Notes under the pieces: model-generated
Seen by the model: only the letters and a program-made list of their open reading frames with translations
Databases searched by the model: none
Told to the model about the DNA's origin: nothing
NCBI GenBank assembly: GCA_973895155.1
Contig: OZ316897.1
Location: forward strand, 21,551,455 to 21,615,454
Direction of reading: 5' to 3'
DNA length: 64,000 bases
Source of the DNA: Marsupella aquatica
Taxonomy: Eukaryota > Plantae > Marchantiophyta
Program-made: the position numbers and the translations under genes
Shown here: positions 51,287 to 62,769 of the stretch, piece after piece
Numbering within the stretch: the stretch's first letter is position 1
Layout of the letters: each line of letters begins with the position of its first letter

Positions 51287-52323
51287 TCCACAAAAAGTGC
51301 TGACTGCAAAACCTATTTTTACAAGTACTACACAAAAGGTGCCAAGTTTCCACCTTTAATGGTGAGTAATGAGACATGGAATGAGACTTTTATAGTGGCA
51401 GGTGTGATTTAATAACAGCACCTCTATTGTCTGGACGTTGGAGTTTCAGGCATAACAGTAGCTCTACTTCTGACTTGGAAAAACTGTTTTGCATGATTTA
51501 TTCTTCCGAATGTCATCTCTGCATTCTTTCTTGCCTCAAAATCTCATCTCAGCACTTGCATTCTTCAAAATCTCGGCTCTTATTGTTCCCTAGACACATG
51601 TGTTAATGGGGAGTATGTCCCTCGACTAATTGTTGACAATTAACTTCTTTCCAAAATGTATGTACCCATCTTCTATGAGAAGTAGTGGTCAAAATACCTG
51701 TAATAAAGCCTGAATTCTGTACTACCTCACGTCTCTTGACGTTTACATGAAGTTCAAACAACACGCTTTCCAAAAGATATCTACGTAAGTTGATACAGGG
51801 GTGTGTCTCAACTAGCGACTGAAAACTAGCGGAGCACCCTCTTCCGGAGATGTATCTCACCCACCCCAGATCTGCTTCTGCGATGATCATAAATTGCAAT
51901 ATGTGCCCAATGCTCATACTCTCCAATAAGAATGTTTTACACAGACAATTTCTGTGTGGAATAAAAGCTGGTGGATGCTACCCCTTTCCCAAAACCGATG
52001 ACCGCATTTTTCAAAATCTGAGCAGGGCCACTGCTCCCTCATTAAGGATTACACTTCGAGCACTTTCTCCATGCAATAACAGTTGTAACCTCTTGCTCTC
52101 AGTTACAACCAAAGTCTTGTACGTCGAACCCACGTATTACAGTGAGATCAGTGCTGCTTTTCTGCCGCATGCCTCATAACATATGAAACAAAATTTAAAG
52201 AAGAAAGTCGTATTCCTCTGCAGGTTTCTAACCATGTCAGCTACATGGTCCAAATCTGGTCAGCTCTAGGCAAAAGTGTCTTTGCCCAACCTCAGTTGGA
52301 AATGGTAATGCTGGAGACTACCA

Positions 52324-55300
52324 CTACTGTTTGCTTTTGTTGACACGCCAACCGTGTTGATCGGCAACTCGAGTGAAAGCCCTCTGTGCCTCCTCTTTCG
52401 AATATTCTTTCCCGACAGCCCTCATATCTATCCTTCCTTCCCCTTCGATAAACGCATTCACAATCTGGACCAAGACACTTTCAAAGGAAAACGATGGTAG
52501 CCACCCAGTGTTAGTCAGTAGCTCCATGCAGATGCTCCCACCAATTGTGACGTGCCCTGTGTGGAATAGGAACTTAGGGCTAACAACTCTGACAAATGGA
52601 GGTTCAAAGGGATACATTGCAGGAAAAGTGACTTCCAACAGAACAGAATATTCTGGCTGCTTCTTCAAAGTAGCCAGCTTTTGCAGGTCCTTGTATAGGT
52701 TAGCATAGCCCGTAAACAAATTTTGAGACAAAGTTACATGCCATATGTAAATATTGGTCTCGTTGGGAATTTCGACAGTGATGTTAGCCAGAAATGGCTG
52801 GGTGCCAAGACCACCGGATGCAGATGTTCCCTGCTTTGAATTCCGTATCTCTTTTTGAATGTTCTTCAACTCTTTTGCGATGGCCTGTGTTGCCACGGCT
52901 GACTCAGTTCGAGCTCCACGGGACGAAGATGTTCCCAGCTTTGACTGAACAGCCTCATATTGTACAGTCGCGAACTTTGCTGTGATGGCCGGAGTTACAG
53001 TGGCTGCCTCAATTCGAACTCCACTGGAAGAAGATGCTCCCTGCTTCGACTTTCCAGTCGCATTTTGTGAAGTCGTGAGCTGAGCCGTGATGGCCTGTGA
53101 TGCTGTAGCTGTAAATGAGGCCCTCGTGTGGTTCTCTCTTAACCTTTTTGAGTTGGGCGGCGCTGTATAACTGGATGTAGGAGACTCTCCCTCACTTCCA
53201 GGTGATGCATAGCAACTAGGCTCCGTAGTGGCAGGGTGTGCCAACTTCTTGTCCACAAGCTCGGTATCATTTTTGGGACAGGACACATCCCCTTTCATCC
53301 TGCAGAAGGCTGTCTTCCTTCGATCTACTAGAATCATCTGCTGCAGCTCCTGGTCTTCCGTTTTTAGTCTCTCATACTTCTCCCTCAAATCTATGCTCGG
53401 GGAATGCTGAGATGGAAAATTTTCTTCCAACATGCGCCCCCTGATACTGAGTCTTGAACTAGGATGTTTACAGGATTTATCCATCACTAACAAATAGCGC
53501 ACCGAGACGCTATCCTCCTCGCCAGGTGGGACAACAAGTATGTGATTATTTGCACGAAGAAGGGCCCGCCCGCTCTTTTCTGTAGTGGCCCCAGTAATTA
53601 CCTCGCAGATGGCTATCACTATCATTCCCTCCTTCAAGCTTCCGTTCTTCCAGGAAATATGTGAGATACTTTTGGCATATGAGAATGAAAGGGCAAAATT
53701 ATCCGCAAGATAGATCCCTTGACCAAATGCAGCTCCAGATGACATGTACTTGGTATTGCTCATTGGTCTTAGCCCATTCCTCAAAATGGAGTACCAATTC
53801 CCAGAACCACTTCCATGGAATGCGAAAAATGAACCTCTCTGTTTTCTGCGCTCATTGAATATTGCTTCTTTCTCAGGAGAGTCATGGATCACCACAAACT
53901 GGTATCTGGGATTGGCACAGAGTTTGAATTCTTCTTCCTCTTTCATGATACGAAGGGACAGCCTGTTTGTTGACAGAATGAACCTCATCAGCTCGTACGA
54001 AAGCCACATCTGACATTGCTCTGCCCTAGCTGGTGCATCCTTCTTCCTCCATATGGAGAAGGCCGCCTTTGATAGTTTTCTCTTCAGGGAATTTTCGTCA
54101 TCAGCACTCGCTTTCAGATCTGCTATGCTTGGTACAGCTTGCAGAATTTCCAACAGAAAAGTCTTGTTCTTTATCTCCTTTTTATCACCAAGTCTGTCTT
54201 GCAAGGTTGCAAGTCCTCCAGTTAAACTCTTTGCTACAACTGGGCTTGGGTTGTAAACTACAGGGTCTGATGAGCTGTTTAGCGTAAGACTTGTCTCCCC
54301 CTTCCTGGTAGTAACCTTTTTAGAGGTCTCAGAGAACCATCCGCTCCGTCCCCTCGATACGCCTTCTGTCAGGAAAAATGACGGGAAAGGCTCAAAAACA
54401 TCCCGGTCACTGGAGGCTGCTGCACATGCCAGAGACAACTCCAATTCAACCACCTCGGGCGATTCCTGAATTTCATGATGAATGGTTGCCCCCAACCCCA
54501 GCTCCTCGAAGTCATATAGACACAAATCGTTTTGGCAAGTTCTTAGGCGCCACACAGATGTAGGAAGTAAACTCCAGCAGACGGCACACCAACTAGGCAG
54601 TGTCCTCATCTGAGATCCAATAAAAGATATCAGACCAATCAATGGATTTTCTATCAAGGTAAAGCTCTCAAGAGCCGTATCCATGTAGTGATTTTTCCAA
54701 GGTCTTGGTCGAGGTTTGGCAGCAGTTTTTCCACTCCTGAAGTCGAAGAAAGCCTTGATCAGCTCAGGTATGAGTACAGTGGTACCATATGCGACAGTCC
54801 TTTGCCGTCCATGAAACTTCTTACATTCTGCCTCAAATTCGTCATCTGATACCAATTCCGTGAAGTCAGCCCAACTGGTTTCGACATCGGGGAGAAATTT
54901 GGCACATCTTCGCGTTTCAAGTCCCACAGCAACACGGTTCAATGTCAAAGGATGCCTCGAGATCCTTTCGACCCACAATTGCTTGTCAAACTCGAGAAAT
55001 ATTTGGATGGTTTTCGAGCATGGCAATCCAAGAGAAGCAGCTATTTTCACATCATTGACAAAGCCAACCACCTCAGCTTGTATCCGCACCTGGCACTGGT
55101 TAGACACAGCCGAGACTTTACAAAATTGCAAAATGTCGTCATCCACATACACAAGTTCTGCTGGACCTGGAAAGCTTGCTTTGACAGGTACATAAGGAAA
55201 AGACTCCACACTGCGATGCCGAGCTGCCTCACACCTCTCGCCGGCGTCTCTGATCACCTCATGAAGAAAGCCTTTGAAATGTCCCTCCAAATCATCCGAA

Positions 55301-55812
55301 GTCAAGTCAACATCACTGTCATAGCTTGACGACTTTTCTTCGTTGACCTCAACCGCGTTGGCCTGAACGATTGAGCTCTCAAATGCAAAAGCGAAATCAT
55401 GGAGCGAAGTCATGCCGCTTTGAAGCTCCACAGGCTTGCTCTGTGGCTTCCGTTTTCTCTTTCCTTGATAGCTTATCAATGCCTTGGCGATAACATCCAA
55501 CCCCTGTTCAAGAGCACGTGGACCAACTGGAACACGTTCCAATTTCTCGTTGACAGCAACCATAAGGCTGCTAGGAGCTGAGTTATCCAGGTTCATAGCA
55601 ATGAAGATCTCATCAGATGCAACGTCGTTTTGAAGTGGCATTGTGGGAAGCAAGAGCTGAAACAACATGTCCTTTGCTTTAAAATCCAGGGTCGTCTCTG
55701 TGGCCTCTAAGAACTCAAAAGAGACCTCTGTTGCCTCAACCGGGTGATCTTCCTGCCATTGAAAAAAGGCAGAAACAAAGTGTTGAACTTTCATGTCCAT
55801 ACCCGGATCCAT
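52324..55812 (-). CDS. PARP6/8-like (clade 6) mono-ADP-ribosyltransferase fused to a C-terminal UBE2Q-type ubiquitin-conjugating (E2) domain; single coding exon
   Basis: First in-frame ATG at 55812 (the ORF track starts at a GTG). Motifs: CAVC..RTCQNDLCLYDFEELGLG (PARP6/8 Cys motif), FEPFPS, FAFHGSGSGNWYSILRNGL (His 53817-53815), GAAFGQGIYLA, IAICEVI and NHILVV..VRYLLV (H-Y-I/L triad, no catalytic Glu). E2 domain: NIYIWHV..LLEVTFPAMYPFEPPFVRVVSP..GHVTIGGSICMELLTNTGW (active Cys 52530-52528)..ESVLVQI..GEGRID..YS.EEA..AF.R..HGW. Confidence 0.92.
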   Translation of the reverse strand: MDPGMDMKVQHFVSAFFQWQEDHPVEATEVSFEFLEATETTLDFKAKDMLFQLLLPTMPLQNDVASDEIFIAMNLDNSAPSSLMVAVNEKLERVPVGPRALEQGLDVIAKALISYQGKRKRKPQSKPVELQSGMTSLHDFAFAFESSIVQANAVEVNEEKSSSYDSDVDLTSDDLEGHFKGFLHEVIRDAGERCEAARHRSVESFPYVPVKASFPGPAELVYVDDDILQFCKVSAVSNQCQVRIQAEVVGFVNDVKIAASLGLPCSKTIQIFLEFDKQLWVERISRHPLTLNRVAVGLETRRCAKFLPDVETSWADFTELVSDDEFEAECKKFHGRQRTVAYGTTVLIPELIKAFFDFRSGKTAAKPRPRPWKNHYMDTALESFTLIENPLIGLISFIGSQMRTLPSWCAVCWSLLPTSVWRLRTCQNDLCLYDFEELGLGATIHHEIQESPEVVELELSLACAAASSDRDVFEPFPSFFLTEGVSRGRSGWFSETSKKVTTRKGETSLTLNSSSDPVVYNPSPVVAKSLTGGLATLQDRLGDKKEIKNKTFLLEILQAVPSIADLKASADDENSLKRKLSKAAFSIWRKKDAPARAEQCQMWLSYELMRFILSTNRLSLRIMKEEEEFKLCANPRYQFVVIHDSPEKEAIFNERRKQRGSFFAFHGSGSGNWYSILRNGLRPMSNTKYMSSGAAFGQGIYLADNFALSFSYAKSISHISWKNGSLKEGMIVIAICEVITGATTEKSGRALLRANNHILVVPPGEEDSVSVRYLLVMDKSCKHPSSRLSIRGRMLEENFPSQHSPSIDLREKYERLKTEDQELQQMILVDRRKTAFCRMKGDVSCPKNDTELVDKKLAHPATTEPSCYASPGSEGESPTSSYTAPPNSKRLRENHTRASFTATASQAITAQLTTSQNATGKSKQGASSSSGVRIEAATVTPAITAKFATVQYEAVQSKLGTSSSRGARTESAVATQAIAKELKNIQKEIRNSKQGTSASGGLGTQPFLANITVEIPNETNIYIWHVTLSQNLFTGYANLYKDLQKLATLKKQPEYSVLLEVTFPAMYPFEPPFVRVVSPKFLFHTGHVTIGGSICMELLTNTGWLPSFSFESVLVQIVNAFIEGEGRIDMRAVGKEYSKEEAQRAFTRVADQHGWRVNKSKQ

Positions 55813-56289
55813 GCTTACCAACCGTGCAATCTGTGACCAACAAATCTCCTGCAGTTCAACCTCTTTCCCACAGTTCACAGCAGAAGCGATCCCGCCCCCT
55901 GTGGCGTGACCAGCCTGTACCCCACCGGTCCAATATTGTGATGACTGTCCATCTTCGTACCCGTCGAACTCTCAAAATTGTTGCAGAAAATCCATCAACA
56001 AGCCGGCTCATCCGTTACTGCGGAGACGAACAATCAGATCCTACCTTCTCATCGTCAATTGAACCAAAGAGACTCATCCAGAGAATTCACCGGGAAAGTG
56101 CTACCAGATGAGGTCATGAGGAGTCTCAAATTCCATAGAGCAGGGATGGGTCAACTTCGCTTGATTGGGCTACACGTACGCTGGTCCCGCAGACGAAGAA
56201 GACTCGCAACATCAAGATCTCTGACCATGAACCAGATAGAGACCCATCTTCAGCAAAATCCATCTCAAACCCCTCAAACGTCTCCAATT

Positions 56290-57407
56290 CTGTGAAGGGC
56301 GGTCCACTCAAGTTAATACCAGTGGCAAGCCCGTTCAGACAAGCAGCACAAGGGTGTCAACAGCGGATACAGCTTCTACCAATAAGGAGTGAACACCTAT
56401 AATCCTGATCAACGGGCGTTCCAGTCCAGGAGATCTGCAGGCAATTTTGGAACACTATTGGCGGCCCTGTACACCCATAGAGATATCTATTCACATTACA
56501 GCTTCACAGCCCGAACGAGAACAGGCACAGACGTAAAATGCGCACAAACATTTACACTCCTACTGCACACGAACAGAAGTAGCGACTGTCTCCACCACCA
56601 GGTCGTTTACACCCAAGGGAATCTTACGGAATCTTAAAAATGCCACACCCACCGAGACGTCTCGTTACATCGCGGATATCATAGCCTGAATGAAATTAGA
56701 CAGGGACGTAAAACCTACAAAATCAAACTGCAATCCTGGTCGAAATGAACAGAACTAAAAGCTTTATTAGTAACTACTTCCACCCGCAAGCCCTCCAACA
56801 TGACGTACATCGATGTATCGAGGAAACCCAATGATTGCTGTGTCCATCGCTGTGCTTTCAAATGGAAAGATTAACTAGACAATGACGGCAGATAGGAGCT
56901 TCAGGCAAAACCATTTCTGAAGATGTATGAACCGAACACCGAACGTCATTCAGGACAATTTATCACAGTGGACGGCTGGCCAAATTAAGATGAACGAGCC
57001 GCTGACGTACCAAGTCAATGAGCTGTGAAAGAAACCGCCAGAATGCCTAAAATTGGCCTACAATGAACTTGATAACAAACGAACAAGGATGAAGGTGGTC
57101 GACCATTGCTAGTCCAGAGAAAGCTTCAGGTAACTTGAGAGTCCCACACCCACAGAGACATTTAGTCACATTGCGTGTACCAAAAGGACACGGACCGAAA
57201 CACCCACACTGTGAAACTGCACTCATGAAAATGACCAGAATTGGCAGGCTAGCAATTGTGACCACCACCACCGTCACCGCCACCACCACGCCCTCTGGAA
57301 AGCACCCAATTAAGAACTATCCAGCTATCATCGAGGGAACGGAGTCTAATTTGCGACAACTACGGCTCAGTACTTTCGGCCGGTGGATGAGCGAGCGAAG
57401 GACTCAC
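56290..57407 (-). other. Probable 5'-UTR intron of the PARP-E2 gene
   Basis: Minus-strand donor-like CTG|GTGAGT at ~57407 and acceptor CCCTTCACAG| at ~56290. GA/CT-rich leader or promoter-type sequence lies at 57620-58040. Confidence 0.45.
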
Positions 57408-58667
57408 CAGTTCACAAGCTGCTGCTGAAGAAACAGTCAAAATTCCTCGAAACTTGGCCTTGAATGGACCTTCCCTTTCAACACATCTCCTCGCGGAAGC
57501 TGAGCCGACGCAGAGCAGTCACGAAGCAGCCATTTCGTCCAAATTGTGAAACCACGCTCACCCACTCTTCTCTAGAGCAGTGACAAAGCACCCATTCGAC
57601 CAAATTGGAGGGCACTGACCGACTCACTCACTCTCTCACTCGCCGGATGCCCTCTACATCGACATCCTCGAGCAAGGTCCACCGACCTGAAACTCTCTCT
57701 CTCTCTCTCTAAAGCTTTCCTTAACGAGACTCAAATTGCACCGGCATCTCTGTAGATACCCTCTGCAGTACATCGACATCCAACAACATCCACCGACCTG
57801 AAATGCAAGCTCTCCTTCCAATTGGACTACAATTGCAGCTGACCTGAAATGAAAACCTCTGCCCCCTGACTTCCGAATTGGCCTTAAAATTGCTCCGGCG
57901 GCACGGTGGTGTAATCCACTAACGAAGTTGAACAGCACGGACCCTCCATTATGAATTCCACCATTCCCACCGCTTCGCCTCTAGTACTCTCTCTGTCTCG
58001 CTCTCGATGATCGTAACAAGAGAGAGAGAGAGAGAGCGAGTCCTCTCCACTACTCTAGACAACAGACTGCCTCTTCTCGTCCCGTGTTTCGGCGCCGGAT
58101 CGGTATCCGCCCCGACTCTGAACCGGCCTTTTGCCATATTCCCCCGTCACTGGTCGGGTGATCGGGGTCTTTCTGTCTCGTGACAGATACGCTCCAAAGG
58201 ACGACGCACAGCAGCGGGAGGGGAGGGGAATTAATAATAAAGCGGACTTTTCTCGACGGCTATTTCGGGGAGTGCGAGATCTTGCGGTGAGATATCCGCG
58301 CGATCCGGCCGTCGCTCGGTGGGTTCCTCTTGACATCGACGGGCCGGAGAGCTTTCGGAGCAGTTTCGCCGGTGGGGATGACGTCAGGAGATTGCCACTT
58401 TTGGAAGCTTTTGGAAGTTCTTTCTGGACGCTGGAAAGAGCAACGAAAGATATGGTCGAGAAGGAACGTGCCAGGAAGGGCCAAGGGGGCCAAGGCGGGA
58501 CCGGCCTGGGGCGCCGAATTCAACGTGTGCGAAGTGTTGGGCCCCACCAGAACTGGGAACGTTAATCGTTGTTGCGTAATCATTAGGAGTTGCCCAAAAA
58601 ATTAGCCATGATGGCTAAAATCAGTGGACAGAATTTTGGGATCGTCAGGGTTCTTAAAATACCTGAT

Positions 58668-58763
58668 CTGTCACTACTGTGACGTCTCTCTAAGTCACCA
58701 CAGTAGTGACAGTTCAATACAATAATCAACTGTCACTTCTGTGACGTCTCTCTAAGTGCACAC
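58668..58763. repeat. Inverted repeat (14-bp perfect arms) plus a direct repeat of the left arm
   Basis: CTGTCACTACTGTG (58668) ... CACAGTAGTGACAG (58699-58712), then CTGTCACTTCTGTGACGTCTCTCTAAGT again at ~58730. Confidence 0.85.
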
Positions 58764-59199
58764 TCTCAGGAGGAAGTGTTAGGTAGGCGCTTAATCAGCA
58801 ATTGCTAAAATTAACTACAGTGAGGAGGGGTCACAACGGCAGGTTTAGAACAAATAGTTGGCTTGGAAATAACGAACCTGAATGTGCATTCTTTGAATGT
58901 TAATAGAGATGATGCCAAAAATTATCACATATGATCACCATTTTTTTGACATAGAACACATCTTATGGTGCTTTCCGTCCACATACATTTGATGGGGCCC
59001 TAGAATTATATTAGAGTTTAGGGTTATATATTAGTAAGATTCAGTTATTCTTTTGAACCACATGAGATCAAAACTTGATCTAGACTTTCCAGAGCCAATC
59101 TCTTCCTACCATATGTCATTTGGCTGCTGATTCAGGCATCCAACTAATAGCTAAGGTTTTTCGACGAGTTGCTGTAATAACTACACTAATTGAGTAATG

Positions 59200-59650
59200 T
59201 CTACAATTCTTACTTTTTGCACTCCACTTGAGATTTTCTATGGTGTTAATCAAAAGTCTAACATGGGACCGCTACTCAACGGGTACTCAACCTAATCAGG
59301 CATAGTTCCGCTGCTAAAATTAGCCAAGCATGTATTACAGTGCTGCTAAAATTTGTTGAACATGGGTTTTTTCTTTTAACTTGCAGCATGGGTCCGGTAC
59401 TACAATTGAACGAGGATGGATTCTCAGCCAAAATTAGCCAAGGCAGTATAAATCAGATGATATTAGTCAAGCACGAACCCAATGAAATTAGGGAAGACAT
59501 GCAACTACTAAATTAATCAATTGTCAAGCACATATGGGTCCACTGCTTAAAAAAAGCACAGCTTCTTCTAAATTTAGCTAAGCATCAGTCCGCTACTAAA
59601 ACTAATCGAGCAATGGTCAGGACGATGGGGTCCACTACTAGAAGTGACTA
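59200..59650. repeat. Degenerate tandem repeat of a CCGCTACTAAAATTAGCCAAGCA-like motif
   Basis: Variants at ~59308, 59340, 59425, 59505, 59565 and 59590. Confidence 0.55.
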
Positions 59651-62600
59651 AGTAGTGTAGTGGGTCTGGTTTTAAAATGAGTTGTTTATTTGTTGATATT
59701 TTGAACCATGATTTGTTTGCACAACATTCACAGTTACTTTAACCAACAGGATGCTGAGTTACATAATTGGCAAGCTAGGTGAATTTGTTATGATGACATG
59801 GATTGATTTGGGTCATCTTTTATATCCCAGCGCTAATCAGTATGAAAGATTTTGCCTTATGGGGCTCACTTCCCACGTCAGGTGCCAACTAGTATAGGGT
59901 TTTCTTATTTGGTTTTGGGGAAAAGTTAATGAAAACTTGTATGGATTCAAAAATAAAAAGGTGAGGTTTCATCACAAGGCTGGTTTAGATCTATTAAGCT
60001 TAAGTTTCTAAGGGTATCACAAAAGTTCCAAACATTCACCCATGATGTGGTGCCTCCAACTATAGGTGTTGTCATTTGGAAGATGCTGTTGTTGTGAAAG
60101 TGATGTTGTTAGGGAGGAGATGGGCACCAAGGGGATGATGCAGGGGACCGCCAGGCTGTGATAGCAACCACAGCACCATGAAAAGGGAGAAGTAAATTTT
60201 CTCCCCTGAGTCGGGTGGCACGCAGGCAGGACCTGCCCACAGGCCGGGCAGCTCGCCGGGCAGGCAAGAAAGTGTAGGGGCAGATGCGACGGTGACAAAA
60301 ACCCATTTTTGGTGAACGGCCAGGATTTCTTCCTGCCTTTTTGTTTTGTTTTGTAAATAGATCATGCCCCAGAATTGGCAGGATCTGTTTATAATAGTGC
60401 TTGATTGTAGGATACATCCCAAAATTGGCGAAGCCCCATCACCAGTTTGGAGTGGCTTTGGGAATGAGAGGAACTAGTGTTTTTTTTTGGGTTGATGCTG
60501 CTGTTTTGGAGGGGTAGTGTAGTTGGCCACCCCAGACTCAAGGATAGAGATATGCGTGATGATTGTAGCTGGAGGGAAGGATTTGGTTTAAGAGTCTGAG
60601 CTACCTTCCAGATCTGGAAAACCTTCTTTTTGGAAAATGAGGGCATAAACTTTATGGAAACTGGGGGCAGCTTGGAAAGTTTGAAAGAACTCGAATTATT
60701 GAACACAGGGTATACTCTACACTACTGTTTCCAGGTTTGGCGGTTTTGTACTTCAGTAGTGTGATATGTGTATGGTCGAGAAGCTCCTTTGGACTCAACT
60801 ACAATAAAGTTTGAATTGGGTTCTTGTCGATCACTCGTCCGGATTTCATCACTTGTCATGACCGTCTTTCTATTATGTTTGTCTTGTCATCTATGTCTTT
60901 CCGATTCAGCCAGCGTCAAAATTTAAAAGTCTCTCAAATTTGGTTTCTGTCCTGATTCCTGAGGGAATGCGCGTAGTTTGCCATTGATGCAGAGTGACGG
61001 AAAATGGATGACCCGCTATGATACTGCTTGGAGATTGCTGATGGAAGCAGCTTCTTTGTCTCAGATGGAAGCAGCGTAGGAGGCGGAGGGCGTGCAAAGA
61101 AGTCCAGTCCAAAGACGAGGGACAACAAGACTAATCAGGGATTTTCATGAAATTGTTGCTTCCCACCCCTTCTTTTGCTAGAGATAGCCGGTTGTTGATG
61201 ACTTTGCCTCTTAAAAGGATGACTTGAATCTTGCTGAGTCGCAAGAAATCTGTTTAGGTACTTAGTTTAATTCCCTCATATTCTGCTGCTACTCCATCTT
61301 TTCAGTCCCTCTAGATCCTTTTGCATGACCTCACTGAGTGATTCGTATCGACCTTATGGATATACCAGCGTTTTACTTCTCTGTGTTTGAAGTCAAGTAT
61401 GATCTTAGACGATTTTCAAACTTGTTAAAACAAACTGTGGTGAACGGGAATTCTAAGTGTAGCGTAAGCTACATGCATATAGTCCGAGTTGATCTCTCGT
61501 AAAGATGTTCATTCAAGGGGGTGTCTCAGACACAGCCCTTGTCCCTAGAGTCAGCCCTTGTTGTGCTGCAGAAATGTTAATTAAATTATCGCCAAGCTAG
61601 AGAGATCTTCCCAACACATCTTCCTGTGACCCCATGAGTATCAGTGCCCTGAACTCCTTCTAAATGTCGTCAATTCTGTTCTCCCCTCGCCTATTCTCTC
61701 TCGCTCGCGTTGGGCACAATCGTACCCTCACTCTGGACTAAAATCTGGGCCGGACTCTGCGACTGTAGTAATTTAACTGGTGATTCCGGAGGGGGCTGTA
61801 ATCTCTCTGCGTTGAGCCATAGGACAGAGATTAAGAAAGTCATTCGTGCGTTCATTGTTGAACAATACAAGTGGGAAGATAAAAACTTGTCCCTCGGTCA
61901 GAGTTGGACTTGGGGTTTACACCGTCAAGGAATTCTTCCCTTAGTCGTTGCACAAATCACTTTTAGCGAAGACCTCAATCCAGCACCGTGGAGTGAGAGA
62001 CCAAGAGTTGCTAAGGCAAAACTTGTGTCGAATATCTTGGCTATTTGTGTTTGCAGGGAATCTGAACTCAAAGTAAAGCCATTCTAAAGAGGAGGTATGA
62101 AGCAGGGGGCTGCAAGATGATGTCTTCCTTACCTTCCTATTCTTACAACTCACCCTATTCCGCCCAAAAGAGCTCTATAGCTTTCTCACCAGAAGAGGGG
62201 GTCCCTACTGGGCCTGTCAAACTGCGTTGCATGGATGGAGGTGCTTCCCATCGCCATTCTTCAGGCTGGAAATTTCCGAAGGTGTTTGTCAGAGGCCACA
62301 ACAAGGAGCAGAAGGTCCGTAAGACCTGGTCGGGCAGTACTCTGGTCCATACGAACATCAATAACCGAAGGGCCAAATAAGGCACGAGAGGAACCTGTAC
62401 TTCAGATTCAAGGTAAGTCAAGAAGGGAAGCTGCGAAAAAATGACGGATCAACCTCTGATTGAAAGTTTTTGACCAATGGGGGTTTCCGTATTGTTCAGG
62501 GTTCATCAATTCTTCTCGAGTCTAAAATTGAGCCGCATGAGGTTGTGTATGCTATTCTTTGGTCCAAACGTAGAACTCATCGTTGTTCTCGATTCAATTG

Positions 62601-62769
62601 CGTTGCTATCAATTTTTATTCATAACCAGAACACTGTCTCAGAATGAGCGGCGGCATTGATGTAATTGTGGTTTATAGTTTTGGTTATGATTGAGTCATC
62701 ACGAATTCCTCCATGCAGTATTGGGTAAAGAAGTGGTGGCCCCAGACTACCAGTGACGCAATTGTCAAC

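Noticed and set aside
89-55812. Functional cluster of genome-maintenance genes (EDM2-like, MAG, OB-fold, PARP-E2)
   Set aside because: Genes are interspersed with unrelated genes and TEs over 55 kb; no evidence beyond coincidence without synteny or co-expression data.
52373-56295. Many plus-strand ORFs opposite the PARP-E2 gene (and 12657-13175 opposite MAG)
   Set aside because: Antisense shadows of real coding sequence.
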